Part shown: positions 38,510-48,625 of the stretch, piece by piece
How the letters are laid out: every line of letters begins with the position of its first letter
Numbering within the stretch: position 1 is the first letter of the stretch
From: Planctomycetales bacterium
Lineage (GTDB): Bacteria > 4484-113
Assembly (NCBI GenBank): GCA_037441675.1
Contig: JBBIRS010000003.1
Coordinates: forward strand, 128,001 to 192,000
Direction of reading: 5' to 3'
Length of the DNA stretch: 64,000 nt
Translations under genes and position numbers: made by a program
Notes under the pieces: generated by a model
Seen by the model: only the letters and a program-made list of their open reading frames with translations
The model's database searches: none
Told to the model about the DNA's origin: nothing

Positions 38510-39833
38510 GGCGTTGAACATCTCCTCGGTGAAAGCCTTGCAGAGGCAAGCTCTTTTTTCTGCTACGGTTGGCTTCTTCGTTGGATTCGCCGCAGTTGCT
38601 CTTTTCGGTCCCACCGTTCACAAATTCAAAGAGGTTCTAAATCTTACTCCAGTGATGGTTGGTTTTCTAGTTTCAACTCCCGCACTCACAGGTTCACTCC
38701 TTAGAATTCCATTCTCCGCCTGGGCTAATGTTGAAGGTGGAAGAAAGCCCTTTCTCACTTTGCTAACCCTTGCGATTGTTGGTATGCTTGGTCTGACCAT
38801 AGTAATTTTTTTCTTTTATCCTTCTCGGCTGACACCCGAATTTTACTGGTTATTGTTACTGTTGGGGCTTTTCTGCGGTTGTGGGATAGCAACTTTTTCT
38901 GTTGGTATAACTCAAGTGAGCTACTGGTATCCGCAGAAGGCGCAGGGTTCTGCGCTTGGAGCCTATGCTGGTTACGGTAATCTTGCCCCAGGCTTGTTCT
39001 CCCTTATTCTTCCATTTTGTCTCCTTTATTTCGGGCTAGCTCTTTCTTATCTATTTTGGCTCGCAATTCTCTCAATTGGTACAGTAATCTATTTACTTTA
39101 TGCTCGGAACGCGTTGTTCTTCCAACTCAGAGTAGCGGGCGAAAACTATGAGAAAGCCAAGGAGCTTGCGGTTAAGATGGGGCAGGAAATTATCCCATCG
39201 GGAAATCTCATTTCTGCCCTCTCAATCTCCGCTAGAATCTGGAAAAGCTGGGTCTTAGTTTTTATCTACTTTGGAAGTTTTGGTGGTTTTATCGCTCTTA
39301 CCGCGTGGTTTCCGACTTTCTGGAAGAGTTTCTACTCAACCTCAGTATTAACCGCAGGTATCCTTACCGCAATTTACTCAATTCTCACTTCTATCGTTCG
39401 CGTTTATGGTGGTAAACTTTCTGATAGGCTTGGAGGGTTGAAGACAATTTTCTCAGCCCTAATTATCACTTTAATCGGTTCGACTCTTATGAGTTTTTCA
39501 GGAAAATATGCGCTTTCGATCCTATCCGCAATTGTAATGGCAATTGGAATGGGAACGACGAATGCGGCTGTTTTTAAGCTTGTTCCGCAGGAAGTGCCTA
39601 AGGCGGTTGGCGGAGCGGCGGGTTGGGTTGGCGGACTTGGTGCCCTTGGTGGGTTCGCAATTCCGCCGATTCTTGGCGCCTTTGTTCGCATTTACGGAAA
39701 TGAAGGTTACTCCTTCGGCTTTATCACATTCGTAATTCTCGCTCTTCTCTCTCTCTTATCTACTCTGTTGCTCGCGTTTGTTCCTAATCCAAGGTGGGTC
39801 CCAGCGCAACCAGCGGAAGAAGCAGAGATGTGA
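38484..39833 (+). CDS. narK: NarK-family nitrate/nitrite MFS transporter
   Basis: GSLLRIPF, FSVGITQVSYWYP..QGSALG, NAAVFKLVP, GWVGGLGALGGF. Confidence 0.92.
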   Translation: MESLGGLPKALNISSVKALQRQALFSATVGFFVGFAAVALFGPTVHKFKEVLNLTPVMVGFLVSTPALTGSLLRIPFSAWANVEGGRKPFLTLLTLAIVGMLGLTIVIFFFYPSRLTPEFYWLLLLLGLFCGCGIATFSVGITQVSYWYPQKAQGSALGAYAGYGNLAPGLFSLILPFCLLYFGLALSYLFWLAILSIGTVIYLLYARNALFFQLRVAGENYEKAKELAVKMGQEIIPSGNLISALSISARIWKSWVLVFIYFGSFGGFIALTAWFPTFWKSFYSTSVLTAGILTAIYSILTSIVRVYGGKLSDRLGGLKTIFSALIITLIGSTLMSFSGKYALSILSAIVMAIGMGTTNAAVFKLVPQEVPKAVGGAAGWVGGLGALGGFAIPPILGAFVRIYGNEGYSFGFITFVILALLSLLSTLLLAFVPNPRWVPAQPAEEAEM

Positions 39834-39917
39834 TTTATGGCGGATAACTATGATAAAGTGAATTAGGTTTGTTCCAAGACGAAAGATTAAATAGATATAA
39901 AGGTACCTTGAAAATTC

Positions 39918-40097
39918 TTCTCCGAGTTTGGTGAGCCTAAGGTGGCGTTGGGAAAGTTCACTAGGGACGCCGAACCGATGAGCCTAAGGGCTCTATCAGC
40001 TCTTTCGCTTTCGTGGCAATGCGGATAAAGGGCGGAGGGGGAAACCTCTCCGCCTCCCGGCTAGTCAGGATTAGCATCCTGACGTTGGAAAGGAGAA
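39918..40097 (+). ncRNA. Moco (molybdenum cofactor) riboswitch-like RNA motif
   Basis: CTCCGAG...CCTAAG...GGGCGGAGGGGGAAACCTCTCCGCCTCCCG...GGAAAGGAG; 5' TTCTCC pairs with the SD-containing GGAGAA; upstream of moaA. Confidence 0.8.
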
Positions 40098-40242
40098 TGA
40101 AGATGAAAAAATCTTTTCAAAATTTCTGCGCGTTAAACGGACAACATCCGCTTCTCTTTGTCCAGCAAAATTCACCTGATTCAAGAGAGCGGTTAACAAG
40201 GTCTTCAGCAGTCGGTATTCAACTTCAAAAGGAGGCTCAGCG

Positions 40243-41229
40243 GTGACAGCCTTGACCGATTCCTTCGGGAGAAGACATACTTACTTGCGTATCTCCGTCA
40301 CTGAGAGGTGCAACCTTAGGTGCGTTTACTGCATGCCGTCAAGAGGGATTAGGCTGAAAGCCAAGAGTGAGCTGTTAACGCTGGAAGAAATTGCCCGACT
40401 TACTGAAATCTTCGCACAACTGGGAGTTGAAAAGGTCAGGCTTACCGGTGGCGAACCACTTGTTAGAAACGGTATTGAGGAACTTGTGGAAAAGATTAAA
40501 GAGATACCTGGCATAAATAATGTCTCTATAACCACAAATGGAGTGCTATTAAAAGAGAAGGCTCATTCTCTTAAATCCGCAGGTCTCACAAGCCTGAATG
40601 TAAGCCTTGACACGCTCCGCCCGGAAAGATTCGAACTTATCGCGCTTAGGGATTACTTCTTCAGAGTGATGGATGGGATTGAATCAGCCCTCTTTGCGGG
40701 CTTTCATCAACTCAAGCTCAACGTTGTCGTTATGGGCGGGATAAATGATGACGAAGTTCTTGATTTTGTAGAATTTGTTGGGGACAAGCCAATAAACGTT
40801 CGTTTCATTGAATATATGCCATTTAAGTTTAATGGCTGGAGCAAGGCAAATTTTGTTCCCGGCGATGAAATTAAGCGAAGAATTTCCGCAGTTTACGATC
40901 TTATCCCCGCTGGCGCGTCGAATAGCCACAGCGTTAGCAAAGATTTTTCAATTTACGGCTTTCTCGGTAGTGTAAGCTTCATAAATTCAATTTCCGAGCC
41001 ATTTTGCGATGGGTGCAACCGTCTAAGGTTAACCGCTGATGGTTTTATTAAGCCTTGCCTTTTTTACCCACTAAAGCTGAATCTCAGGGATTTGATGCGA
41101 TCAAATGCAAGCGATGCGGAGTTGATAAATGTGATACTTCGCGCGCTTTCAATGAAGCCTGAAGGGCATCCTTCAACGGAAGAGATTCTGAATATGGAAA
41201 ATGAATCAATGGTTGAGGTTGGTGGATAG
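40243..41229 (+). CDS. moaA: GTP 3',8-cyclase
   Basis: YLRISVTERCNLRCVYC, LTGGEPL, FCDGCNRLRLTADG..PCL, C-terminal GG. Confidence 0.97.
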   Translation: MTALTDSFGRRHTYLRISVTERCNLRCVYCMPSRGIRLKAKSELLTLEEIARLTEIFAQLGVEKVRLTGGEPLVRNGIEELVEKIKEIPGINNVSITTNGVLLKEKAHSLKSAGLTSLNVSLDTLRPERFELIALRDYFFRVMDGIESALFAGFHQLKLNVVVMGGINDDEVLDFVEFVGDKPINVRFIEYMPFKFNGWSKANFVPGDEIKRRISAVYDLIPAGASNSHSVSKDFSIYGFLGSVSFINSISEPFCDGCNRLRLTADGFIKPCLFYPLKLNLRDLMRSNASDAELINVILRALSMKPEGHPSTEEILNMENESMVEVGG

Positions 41230-41230
41230 T

Positions 41231-42145
41231 ATGCGAGATATATCAAATAAATTCAGGTCTTTGCGAATTGCCAGAGCGAAGGCGGTTTTATTCGCAAGCC
41301 CAAAGACGATTAGCAGGATAAGGCATAGTGATCTTCCCAAGGGAAATGCGCTTGAGGTAGCTAAGGTTGCGGGGATTCAATCCGCCAAGAATACAAGCCT
41401 ACTGATTCCATACTGCCACCAAGTTCCGCTGGACTGGGTTGGTATTGAATTTAACTTTTCGGAAGATTCAATTGAGATAACTTCAACGGTCAAAGCAATT
41501 TATAAAACTGGTGTGGAAATGGAAGCGTTGGTCGCCACTTTAGTTTCCGCACTCACCCTTTACGATATGGCAAAGATGGTGGATGAAACGATGCGAATAT
41601 CTGAGATTACCCTTCTTGAGAAAAAAGGTGGAAAGAGCGACTTTGCCGAGGTGGTTGAGAAACCCCTTCGTTCCGCTGTCCTCGTGATGAGCGATTCAAT
41701 CTTCGCTGGAAAGAAGAGCGATAAGTCGGGTCAGCTGATCGTAGAAAGACTTAAGGAAGAGGGCTTTGAGATAGTTGATTACAAGATTGTTCCTGATGAA
41801 CCAAGTGAGATTAAAGAATCTCTTATTGCTTACACTGATGAAATGAAGCTTAATCTTGTTGTAACTACGGGTGGCACTGGCTTTAGCCCACGGGATTGCA
41901 CACCTGAAGTAATGAAGGAGATTATTGAGCGAGAAGTTCCGGGTATTTCCGAGGCGGTTCGCGCATATGGGCAGGAAAGAACTCCCTATTCAATGCTATC
42001 TAGAGCGAGTGCGGGAATTCGCGGAAGTACGCTCATTATCAACCTTCCCGGTTCAAAGAAGGGCGTGGCGGAATCTTTGGACGCGCTTTTCCCCGCCGTG
42101 ATTCACGCTTTCAAAATGCTAGCAGGAGGCGGTCACCAGGAATGA
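41231..42145 (+). CDS. moaC: Bifunctional MoaC / MoaB(MogA)-like protein
   Basis: LIPYCH and KTGVEMEAL (MoaC), then TTGGTGFSPRD and NLPGS (MoaB/MogA). Confidence 0.92.
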   Translation: MRDISNKFRSLRIARAKAVLFASPKTISRIRHSDLPKGNALEVAKVAGIQSAKNTSLLIPYCHQVPLDWVGIEFNFSEDSIEITSTVKAIYKTGVEMEALVATLVSALTLYDMAKMVDETMRISEITLLEKKGGKSDFAEVVEKPLRSAVLVMSDSIFAGKKSDKSGQLIVERLKEEGFEIVDYKIVPDEPSEIKESLIAYTDEMKLNLVVTTGGTGFSPRDCTPEVMKEIIEREVPGISEAVRAYGQERTPYSMLSRASAGIRGSTLIINLPGSKKGVAESLDALFPAVIHAFKMLAGGGHQE

Positions 42146-43392
42146 ACTCGGCAAAATCCATGCCTCTTATCAGTTATGAGGACGCGCTAAGGACTGTACT
42201 TTTCTGGGTAAAAACGATGCCCAAGTTGAAGGTCTCGCTTAAAGATTCACTTGGGCACGCCCTATGTGAAAACATTAAAGCTCCAAGCGACTTACCTACG
42301 TTTAATTCTTCCGCTGTTGATGGCTATGCGGTAAGAATTTCGGATATGCAAGCCGCAAGCCCTAGAAATCCTATAGCATTACGAGTTCAAACAGTTATCT
42401 CTGCTGGTGATGGCGACGTGCCCGCGCTAAAGGAGGAATGCGCCATCAAACTATTCACTGGGGCGCAAATTCCGAAAGGTGCGGAAGCAGTCGTGATGCG
42501 TGAATACGCGCAGGAGAAAAATGGGATGGTTATCATATCCGCATCCGCTTATAAAGGCGAAAATATTCGTTATGCAGGCGAAGAATTCAAAAAAGGTGAG
42601 ATTGTACTTAAGGCAGGAACAGATATAAATCCAGCGGTTGTTGGTTTTTTGGCTTCCCTTGGAATAGTCAAAGTTCCAGTTCGCGCCAAACCGAAGGTAT
42701 CTATCATCACCAGCGGCGATGAGGTTGTTTCTTATGAAATGAAACTAAAGGAGGGACAGATAAGGGATGCAAACCTTCCGATGATAAGTTCCACACTGAA
42801 AGCGCTTGGAATAAACGTTATCTACGCACGGCATTCAAGGGATGATATGCAATCACTTAAAAAGATACTTGCGAAGGCTTTAGATTGTAGTGATGTTCTT
42901 ATTGCGATTGGAGGAGTATCAGTAGGTGATTACGATTATGTAAAATCCGCGCTGAGTGAGCTGGGAGTTAGAGAGATTTTTTGGAGGGTGAACATCAAGC
43001 CCGGGAAGCCTATTTTCTTTGGGGCACGTGGCAGAAAGCTCGTTTTTGGTCTTCCAGGTAATCCAGTTTCTGCAATGGTATGCTTCCAGCTTTTTGTCAT
43101 TCCAGCCATAAAGAAAATGATCGGAAGTAAGGAAGTCGGAACATTTACACTATCTGCGGAGTTAGACTCTGAGGTCAAAAAGAAAGAAGGACGGACAGAA
43201 CTCCTTCGCGGTCGGTTTAGCATTGCAAAGGATGGAAGGATAATCGTCTCACCCATAAGATCCCAGGGCTCGCATATGCTGGGAGGGTTGGCTAACTCTA
43301 ACTGCCTTATCTTACTTGATGAAACGACTGCTAATCTTTCTAAAGGTGCGAGTGTGAGAATAATTCCTCTCTTATGGAGGGAGCTAATATGA
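42142..43392 (+). CDS. moeA: Molybdopterin molybdotransferase
   Basis: SAVDGYA, TSGDE, GGVSVGDYD, KPGKP, GLPGNPVS. Confidence 0.95.
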   Translation: MNSAKSMPLISYEDALRTVLFWVKTMPKLKVSLKDSLGHALCENIKAPSDLPTFNSSAVDGYAVRISDMQAASPRNPIALRVQTVISAGDGDVPALKEECAIKLFTGAQIPKGAEAVVMREYAQEKNGMVIISASAYKGENIRYAGEEFKKGEIVLKAGTDINPAVVGFLASLGIVKVPVRAKPKVSIITSGDEVVSYEMKLKEGQIRDANLPMISSTLKALGINVIYARHSRDDMQSLKKILAKALDCSDVLIAIGGVSVGDYDYVKSALSELGVREIFWRVNIKPGKPIFFGARGRKLVFGLPGNPVSAMVCFQLFVIPAIKKMIGSKEVGTFTLSAELDSEVKKKEGRTELLRGRFSIAKDGRIIVSPIRSQGSHMLGGLANSNCLILLDETTANLSKGASVRIIPLLWRELI

Positions 43393-43886
43393 CTTATCAA
43401 ATGGATAACTCTGGAAAAGTTGTTGCGCTGTCAATAAGTAATAAGCGTGGTATTCCTAAGAGAAATGTGGAAGAAGCAATGCTTATAGAGGATTTTGGGA
43501 TTGAAGACGATGCGCACGCGGGGAAATGGCACAGGCAGGTTAGCCTTCTTTCCATTGAGAGCATTAAGAAGGTTTGGGAAAGGGAGGTTAAGGTTAGACC
43601 AGGTGGATTTGCTGAGAATATTACTACCGAGGGTGTTGATTTGGCAAAGCTTGAAGTTGGGGATAAGATAAGAATTGGTGAGGCTATACTAGAGGTAACG
43701 CAACTCGGAAAGACTTGCCACAAACCCTGCGCGATTTTCTACCGCGCGGGTTTCTGCGTCCTACCAACGGAAGGAGTTTTTGCTAGAGTTGTTAGGAGTG
43801 GAGTGGTGCGAGTTGGCGATTATATTTCAGTTCAGAAGAGCGGGATGAGCAAGTATGCGCTTAAGGAGGATGCCCTTGTCAGTTGA
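43389..43886 (+). CDS. MOSC domain protein
   Basis: DAHAGKWHRQVSLL, PGGFAENITT, GKTCHKPCAIF. Confidence 0.9.
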   Translation: MTYQMDNSGKVVALSISNKRGIPKRNVEEAMLIEDFGIEDDAHAGKWHRQVSLLSIESIKKVWEREVKVRPGGFAENITTEGVDLAKLEVGDKIRIGEAILEVTQLGKTCHKPCAIFYRAGFCVLPTEGVFARVVRSGVVRVGDYISVQKSGMSKYALKEDALVS

Positions 43887-44637
43887 GCATAGTTCCTATT
43901 TGTTTCTTGTGCCCCTTTTCTTTCTGGTTGCCTTTCTCTACAGCAGTGTTGGTCATGGTGGTGCATCAGCCTACCTCGCAATCTTCGCACTATTTGGGAT
44001 AACAGGACCTCACATAGCGCCAATTGTTCTTACGCTCAATATTATTGTTGCCTGCATAAGCTTTATCTCTTTCCGATTCAAGGGTCATTTCTCAGCTAAG
44101 TTGCTTCTTCCCTTTGTTATCACATCTATTCCACTTGCGTATATTGGCGCCTTGGTAAAGATTAACAAAGAGTTATTTAACTTGATTCTTGGTATTGCGC
44201 TAATTCTGGCTTCTATCCGCGTATTTATGCCGTCTGCATTAAAACAACCCTCTTGGCTTCGAAGCACCCTGGCAATATATGCATTTTGTTTGATAGCTGG
44301 AGGCATTCTCGGATTTCTTGCAGGTTTAATTGGTATCGGCGGAGGTGTTTTTCTGAGTCCACTAATCCTTCTTTTTGGTTTAGCGAATGCAAAATCCACC
44401 GCGGGAATATCCAGTGCGTTCATTGTTCTTAACTCAGTGAGCGGGCTTATTGGTCATTTCACGGCTGGCTACCTTCTCCATCCTATGTTAATCTTATTAG
44501 CGTTGGTTGTATTGGGAGGAGGGATTGCGGGTTCATTTCTGGGTTCCAGGAAGATACCCGAAAGCTTACTGAGAAAGTTGTTGGCTGTTGTCTTAATGGT
44601 TGCAGGTTTTAAGCTACTTTTAACCCTTACTATCTGA
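43870..44637 (+). CDS. TauE/SafE family membrane protein
   Basis: YSSVGHGGASAY, GLIGIGGGVFLSP; about eight TM segments. Confidence 0.88.
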   Translation: MPLSVEHSSYLFLVPLFFLVAFLYSSVGHGGASAYLAIFALFGITGPHIAPIVLTLNIIVACISFISFRFKGHFSAKLLLPFVITSIPLAYIGALVKINKELFNLILGIALILASIRVFMPSALKQPSWLRSTLAIYAFCLIAGGILGFLAGLIGIGGGVFLSPLILLFGLANAKSTAGISSAFIVLNSVSGLIGHFTAGYLLHPMLILLALVVLGGGIAGSFLGSRKIPESLLRKLLAVVLMVAGFKLLLTLTI

Positions 44638-44641
44638 GTGG

Positions 44642-45229
44642 TTGATGATAGAGACAAAAAAAATAACTGGAGTAATTTTAGCTGGTGGAAAGGGCAACCG
44701 AATGGGCAGAGACAAGGCGCTCTTAAGGCTTGGCGAGAAAACGTTTGTGGAAAGACTTAATGAAATGCTTAGAGAGCAATTCAAAGAAGTTATTTTAAGC
44801 ACCAACGTTCCGAGCAAATTTGAGTGGTTAGATATTCCTGTGGTATCAGATATCTTTGAGTTTTGCGGTCCCCTTGCTGGAATTCATAGCGCGCTGTCGG
44901 TAGCCAAAACGCCGTACATATTCATAGTCCCCTGTGATATGCCTCTTATCAGCGCTAAAGTGGTGGAAAAAATTCTTTCACTCGCTGGGGAAGGTTTTAT
45001 AACAACTGGTGCAATTGGCGATACAATTTTACCCCTTGTTGGTGTTTATCCACGAGAAGTTGTGCTAGATATAGAGAGTTTTCTTCAAGCTGGTGACAGA
45101 GCGGTTCTCCGATTTCTTGAAGCAAATTGTAACAAATGGAAGGTTGTGAATTTAACGGAGTTCGCGGATGAACTTGTTAACATCAGCACGCCAAGTGATT
45201 TTGGTGAAATGCTTCTGAACTGGGAATAG
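44642..45229 (+). CDS. mobA: Molybdenum cofactor guanylyltransferase
   Basis: ILAGGKGNRMGRDKA, GPLAGIHSAL, PCDMP. Confidence 0.94.
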   Translation: MMIETKKITGVILAGGKGNRMGRDKALLRLGEKTFVERLNEMLREQFKEVILSTNVPSKFEWLDIPVVSDIFEFCGPLAGIHSALSVAKTPYIFIVPCDMPLISAKVVEKILSLAGEGFITTGAIGDTILPLVGVYPREVVLDIESFLQAGDRAVLRFLEANCNKWKVVNLTEFADELVNISTPSDFGEMLLNWE

Positions 45230-45477
45230 CGTGTAAAAGATAAAGCGTAGCCTTAAAATATTGCTAAATTATTTTGGATACAGCTTTTAGTCTAGATATT
45301 TCATTGACTTAATTATGAATGCGAGTATAAAATTCACTTTCTAATTAGTTAGCTTGACTGTGAAGAGCAGTATTTAAGTCTCTAGTATTTTCTAATTTTG
45401 TCTAGGCAGAAGTTTATTTAAGCGCCTAGAATTTTTTATTACATTTTTTAGAGTACTCTCAATGAGAAGATAAAATT

Positions 45478-48400
45478 ATGAATTCATCTGGATTTAGAAA
45501 AGACTTTAAAATTGGAAAAGCTTACTGGAGAAGTCTCAACGAGCTTTCCGATTCGCCTGAGTTTCTAAAGTATCTTGAAAATGAATTTCCTGGTGGGATT
45601 GGCGATCCTAAGGATAGAACCACACGTCGGGAGTTTATCAGGCTTATGTCCTCATCCTTGGCTTTAGCTGGAATAGCATTAGCGGAGCTTGGATTAACAA
45701 GTTGTCGCTGGCCAAAGGAGAAAATTATCCCATTTTCCCGTCAGCCAGAAGAAAGAATGCCCGGAGTTCCCGTTCAGTATGCAACTTCTATGGAAATCGC
45801 AGGCGTTGGCTATGGGCTTCTTGTCACAAGTTACGATGGCAGGCCGATAAAGATTGATGGTAATCCATCGCACCCATTTAGCCTTGGTGCGGCAAGTGCG
45901 ATGATGCAAGCGAGTCTACTTGACCTATACGACCCAGATAGAAGTAAGGGGATTGTCCACAGAGAGAAGCATTGGGTGTTAAACAAGTCATGGACTGATT
46001 TTCACAATTTCGCAATGTCTCATTTTTTTGAGCTAAAGAAGAGGGGCGGAGATGGATTATACATTCTTAGTGAGGATACATCGTCAGTTAGCTTTGAGTT
46101 TATGCGCTCCCGCCTGTTAAATTCTTTTCCAAATTCTCGCTTTTATACGTATGAACCTGTATCCCGTGATAACGAGTGGCTAGGCACTAAACTTGGGACA
46201 GGCAAAGCATATAGATCTCACCTTAAACTTGATAAAGCCAAAGTAGTCTTAAGCTTTGATGCAGACTTTCTGATGGCACACCCCGCTTCATTGAGATATT
46301 CCAGGCACTTTACTAAAGGAAGACGCGCAGAGGGTTTTGAGATGAACCGCCTTTACGTGCTTGAGCCTTCTTACAGTATCACCGGAGCAATGGCTGACTA
46401 TCGTTATGCTATGCCTGTTAGAGATATTTGTTCCTTTGCCTTAGTTCTCGCGGATGAACTTGCTTCACTTGGAATTTCATTTCCCGGGGATATCAGAAGT
46501 TTGCTGAGTAATTTCGCCGATGGGGCTAGAATGTCCTTAAACAATCAGGTGGTGAAACAAATCGCAAGTGACTTGATTGAGAGTAAGGGCAACTGCGTGA
46601 TTGTAGCTGGATTCAATCTGCCTCCGGAGATTCACGCGCTTGTTTGCGCACTTAACTTGGCTCTTGGTTCAGTTGGCAATGTTTTGGAATATACCCTTGA
46701 GCCGGAGCAGGAGAGAAAGCCTCACTTTGAGGCAATTCAGGAACTGGCTGAAGATATGGGTGAGGGAAAGGTGAAGACGCTTCTTGTCTTGGGGGGAAAT
46801 CCGGCTTACAACGCCCCAGCGGATTTGAGTTTTGACGAGCTGTTAAAGGAGGTTGAGACTAGCATTCACCTTAGCCCCTATCTTGATGAAACTTCCAATC
46901 TGTGCACATGGCATTTACCAAGGGCTCACTATTTGGAATCTTGGGGTGATGTTCGGGCGTATGATGGAACAATAAGCCCAATTCAGCCTCTGATTGAACC
47001 TCTATACGGTGGTAAGACGCCAATTGAGTTGCTTGCGTTAGTTATTGATGAGGAGCCTTACAAGGGATACGAGATAGTGCGGAAGACGTTCGCAGGTCTT
47101 CTGGCGGATGGTGATTTTGAAAAGAGCTGGGCGAAATTTTTGCACGATGGCGTGATGATTGGAAGCGCTTGGCCAACCGAAACGCCGAAAGTGGACACAA
47201 ATTCGTTGGCGGAGGCGATAAGAAAATATATCTCTTCATGGCAACCTCTACAAAAAGGTGAGTTTGAAGTAGTTTTTAAGGAGGACTACTCCATTTACGA
47301 TGGAAGATTCGCCAATAACGGCTGGCTTCAGGAATTGCCAGACCCAATTACTAAGATTACTTGGGATAATGCACTGTTAATTAGTCCCACGACCGCTAAA
47401 CTATTTGGCTTAGCCAGCTCTGATACAGCAAGGATCCAGGTTAAGGGTAGAAGTGCAGTTTTTCCTGTTTACATTCTTCCCGGACACTCTGACCAAACTT
47501 TCACTCTGCCACTTGGTTATGGACGCCAAAATGCCGGTAGAATAGGAAATGGTGTTGGCTCAAATACTTACGTTGTTAGATTGAGCGATTCTCCATTTGT
47601 TGCTTCAAGTGTAGTGCTAACGAAGAATGACAAGAAGCATAGGCTAGCGATTACTCAAGACCATCACGCTATAGACCTAATCGGATTTCTTGAGAGGGGA
47701 AAGAGAGTGGGAAATCTTATACGCGAAGCATCACTTGAGGAGTATCAAGCGGAGCCCACATTTGCCAAAGGCAAGGGAGGTGAGCATAACGAGCATGGGG
47801 CAATCATCAAAGAATATGAATACACTGGCTACAAATGGGGAATGGTGATTGATTTAAGTGTATGCACTGGCTGCAGTGCCTGCGTTGTTGCCTGTCAAGC
47901 GGAGAACAACGTGCCAATAGTGGGAAGGTCGCAAGTTGCGCGAGGCAGGGAGATGCATTGGATCAGAGTTGATAGGTATTTTGCAGGCTCCCTTGAATCA
48001 CCATCTATGCGCTTTCAGCCATTAACTTGTCATCACTGCGAGAATGCTCCTTGCGAACAGGTTTGCCCCGTTGCAGCAACTCTGCATAGCAAGGAAGGAT
48101 TAAATGAAATGGTGTATAACAGATGCATAGGCACCCGTTACTGCTCAAACAACTGCCCGTATAAAGTTCGTCGTTTCAACTACTTAAACTACCATAAGAA
48201 TATGCCCGAGATTCTAGAGCTTCTAATGAACCCTGAAGTGACGGTAAGGAGTAGGGGCGTGATGGAGAAGTGCTCCTTCTGTATCCAACGAATACAGAGT
48301 GCAAAGATAAGAGCTAAAAACGAGGATAGGTTAGTGCAAGATGGGGAGATAGTTCCCGCGTGCGCACAAACCTGCCCAACGGAAGCTATTGTCTTTGGTG

Positions 48401-48537
48401 ACTTGAACGATGAGCAAAGTAAGGTTAAGAAGCTTGCTGAAAGCAACCGTTCCTACCAGATTCTCTCAGAGCTGAACGTAAAACCAAGAACAACCTACCT
48501 TGCTAAGATAACGAACCCTAAGAAGACCCTTGCATAA
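45478..48537 (+). CDS. actB: Alternative complex III subunit ActB (Tat-exported molybdopterin-oxidoreductase-like domain fused to Fe-S domain)
   Basis: YWRSLNEL..EF leader, RREFI Tat motif, DGRFANNGWLQELPDPITKITWDN, four C-terminal Cys clusters, RGREMHWIRVDRYF, RSRGVMEKC. Confidence 0.9.
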   Translation: MNSSGFRKDFKIGKAYWRSLNELSDSPEFLKYLENEFPGGIGDPKDRTTRREFIRLMSSSLALAGIALAELGLTSCRWPKEKIIPFSRQPEERMPGVPVQYATSMEIAGVGYGLLVTSYDGRPIKIDGNPSHPFSLGAASAMMQASLLDLYDPDRSKGIVHREKHWVLNKSWTDFHNFAMSHFFELKKRGGDGLYILSEDTSSVSFEFMRSRLLNSFPNSRFYTYEPVSRDNEWLGTKLGTGKAYRSHLKLDKAKVVLSFDADFLMAHPASLRYSRHFTKGRRAEGFEMNRLYVLEPSYSITGAMADYRYAMPVRDICSFALVLADELASLGISFPGDIRSLLSNFADGARMSLNNQVVKQIASDLIESKGNCVIVAGFNLPPEIHALVCALNLALGSVGNVLEYTLEPEQERKPHFEAIQELAEDMGEGKVKTLLVLGGNPAYNAPADLSFDELLKEVETSIHLSPYLDETSNLCTWHLPRAHYLESWGDVRAYDGTISPIQPLIEPLYGGKTPIELLALVIDEEPYKGYEIVRKTFAGLLADGDFEKSWAKFLHDGVMIGSAWPTETPKVDTNSLAEAIRKYISSWQPLQKGEFEVVFKEDYSIYDGRFANNGWLQELPDPITKITWDNALLISPTTAKLFGLASSDTARIQVKGRSAVFPVYILPGHSDQTFTLPLGYGRQNAGRIGNGVGSNTYVVRLSDSPFVASSVVLTKNDKKHRLAITQDHHAIDLIGFLERGKRVGNLIREASLEEYQAEPTFAKGKGGEHNEHGAIIKEYEYTGYKWGMVIDLSVCTGCSACVVACQAENNVPIVGRSQVARGREMHWIRVDRYFAGSLESPSMRFQPLTCHHCENAPCEQVCPVAATLHSKEGLNEMVYNRCIGTRYCSNNCPYKVRRFNYLNYHKNMPEILELLMNPEVTVRSRGVMEKCSFCIQRIQSAKIRAKNEDRLVQDGEIVPACAQTCPTEAIVFGDLNDEQSKVKKLAESNRSYQILSELNVKPRTTYLAKITNPKKTLA

Positions 48538-48625
48538 CTAACGGAAACTGAAGGAATATTACTTCACGGCGCGCCTCTTTGAGGGAAGATTACCCCCTTT
48601 GCGTAAAGTAAGTATAATAGGTGCT

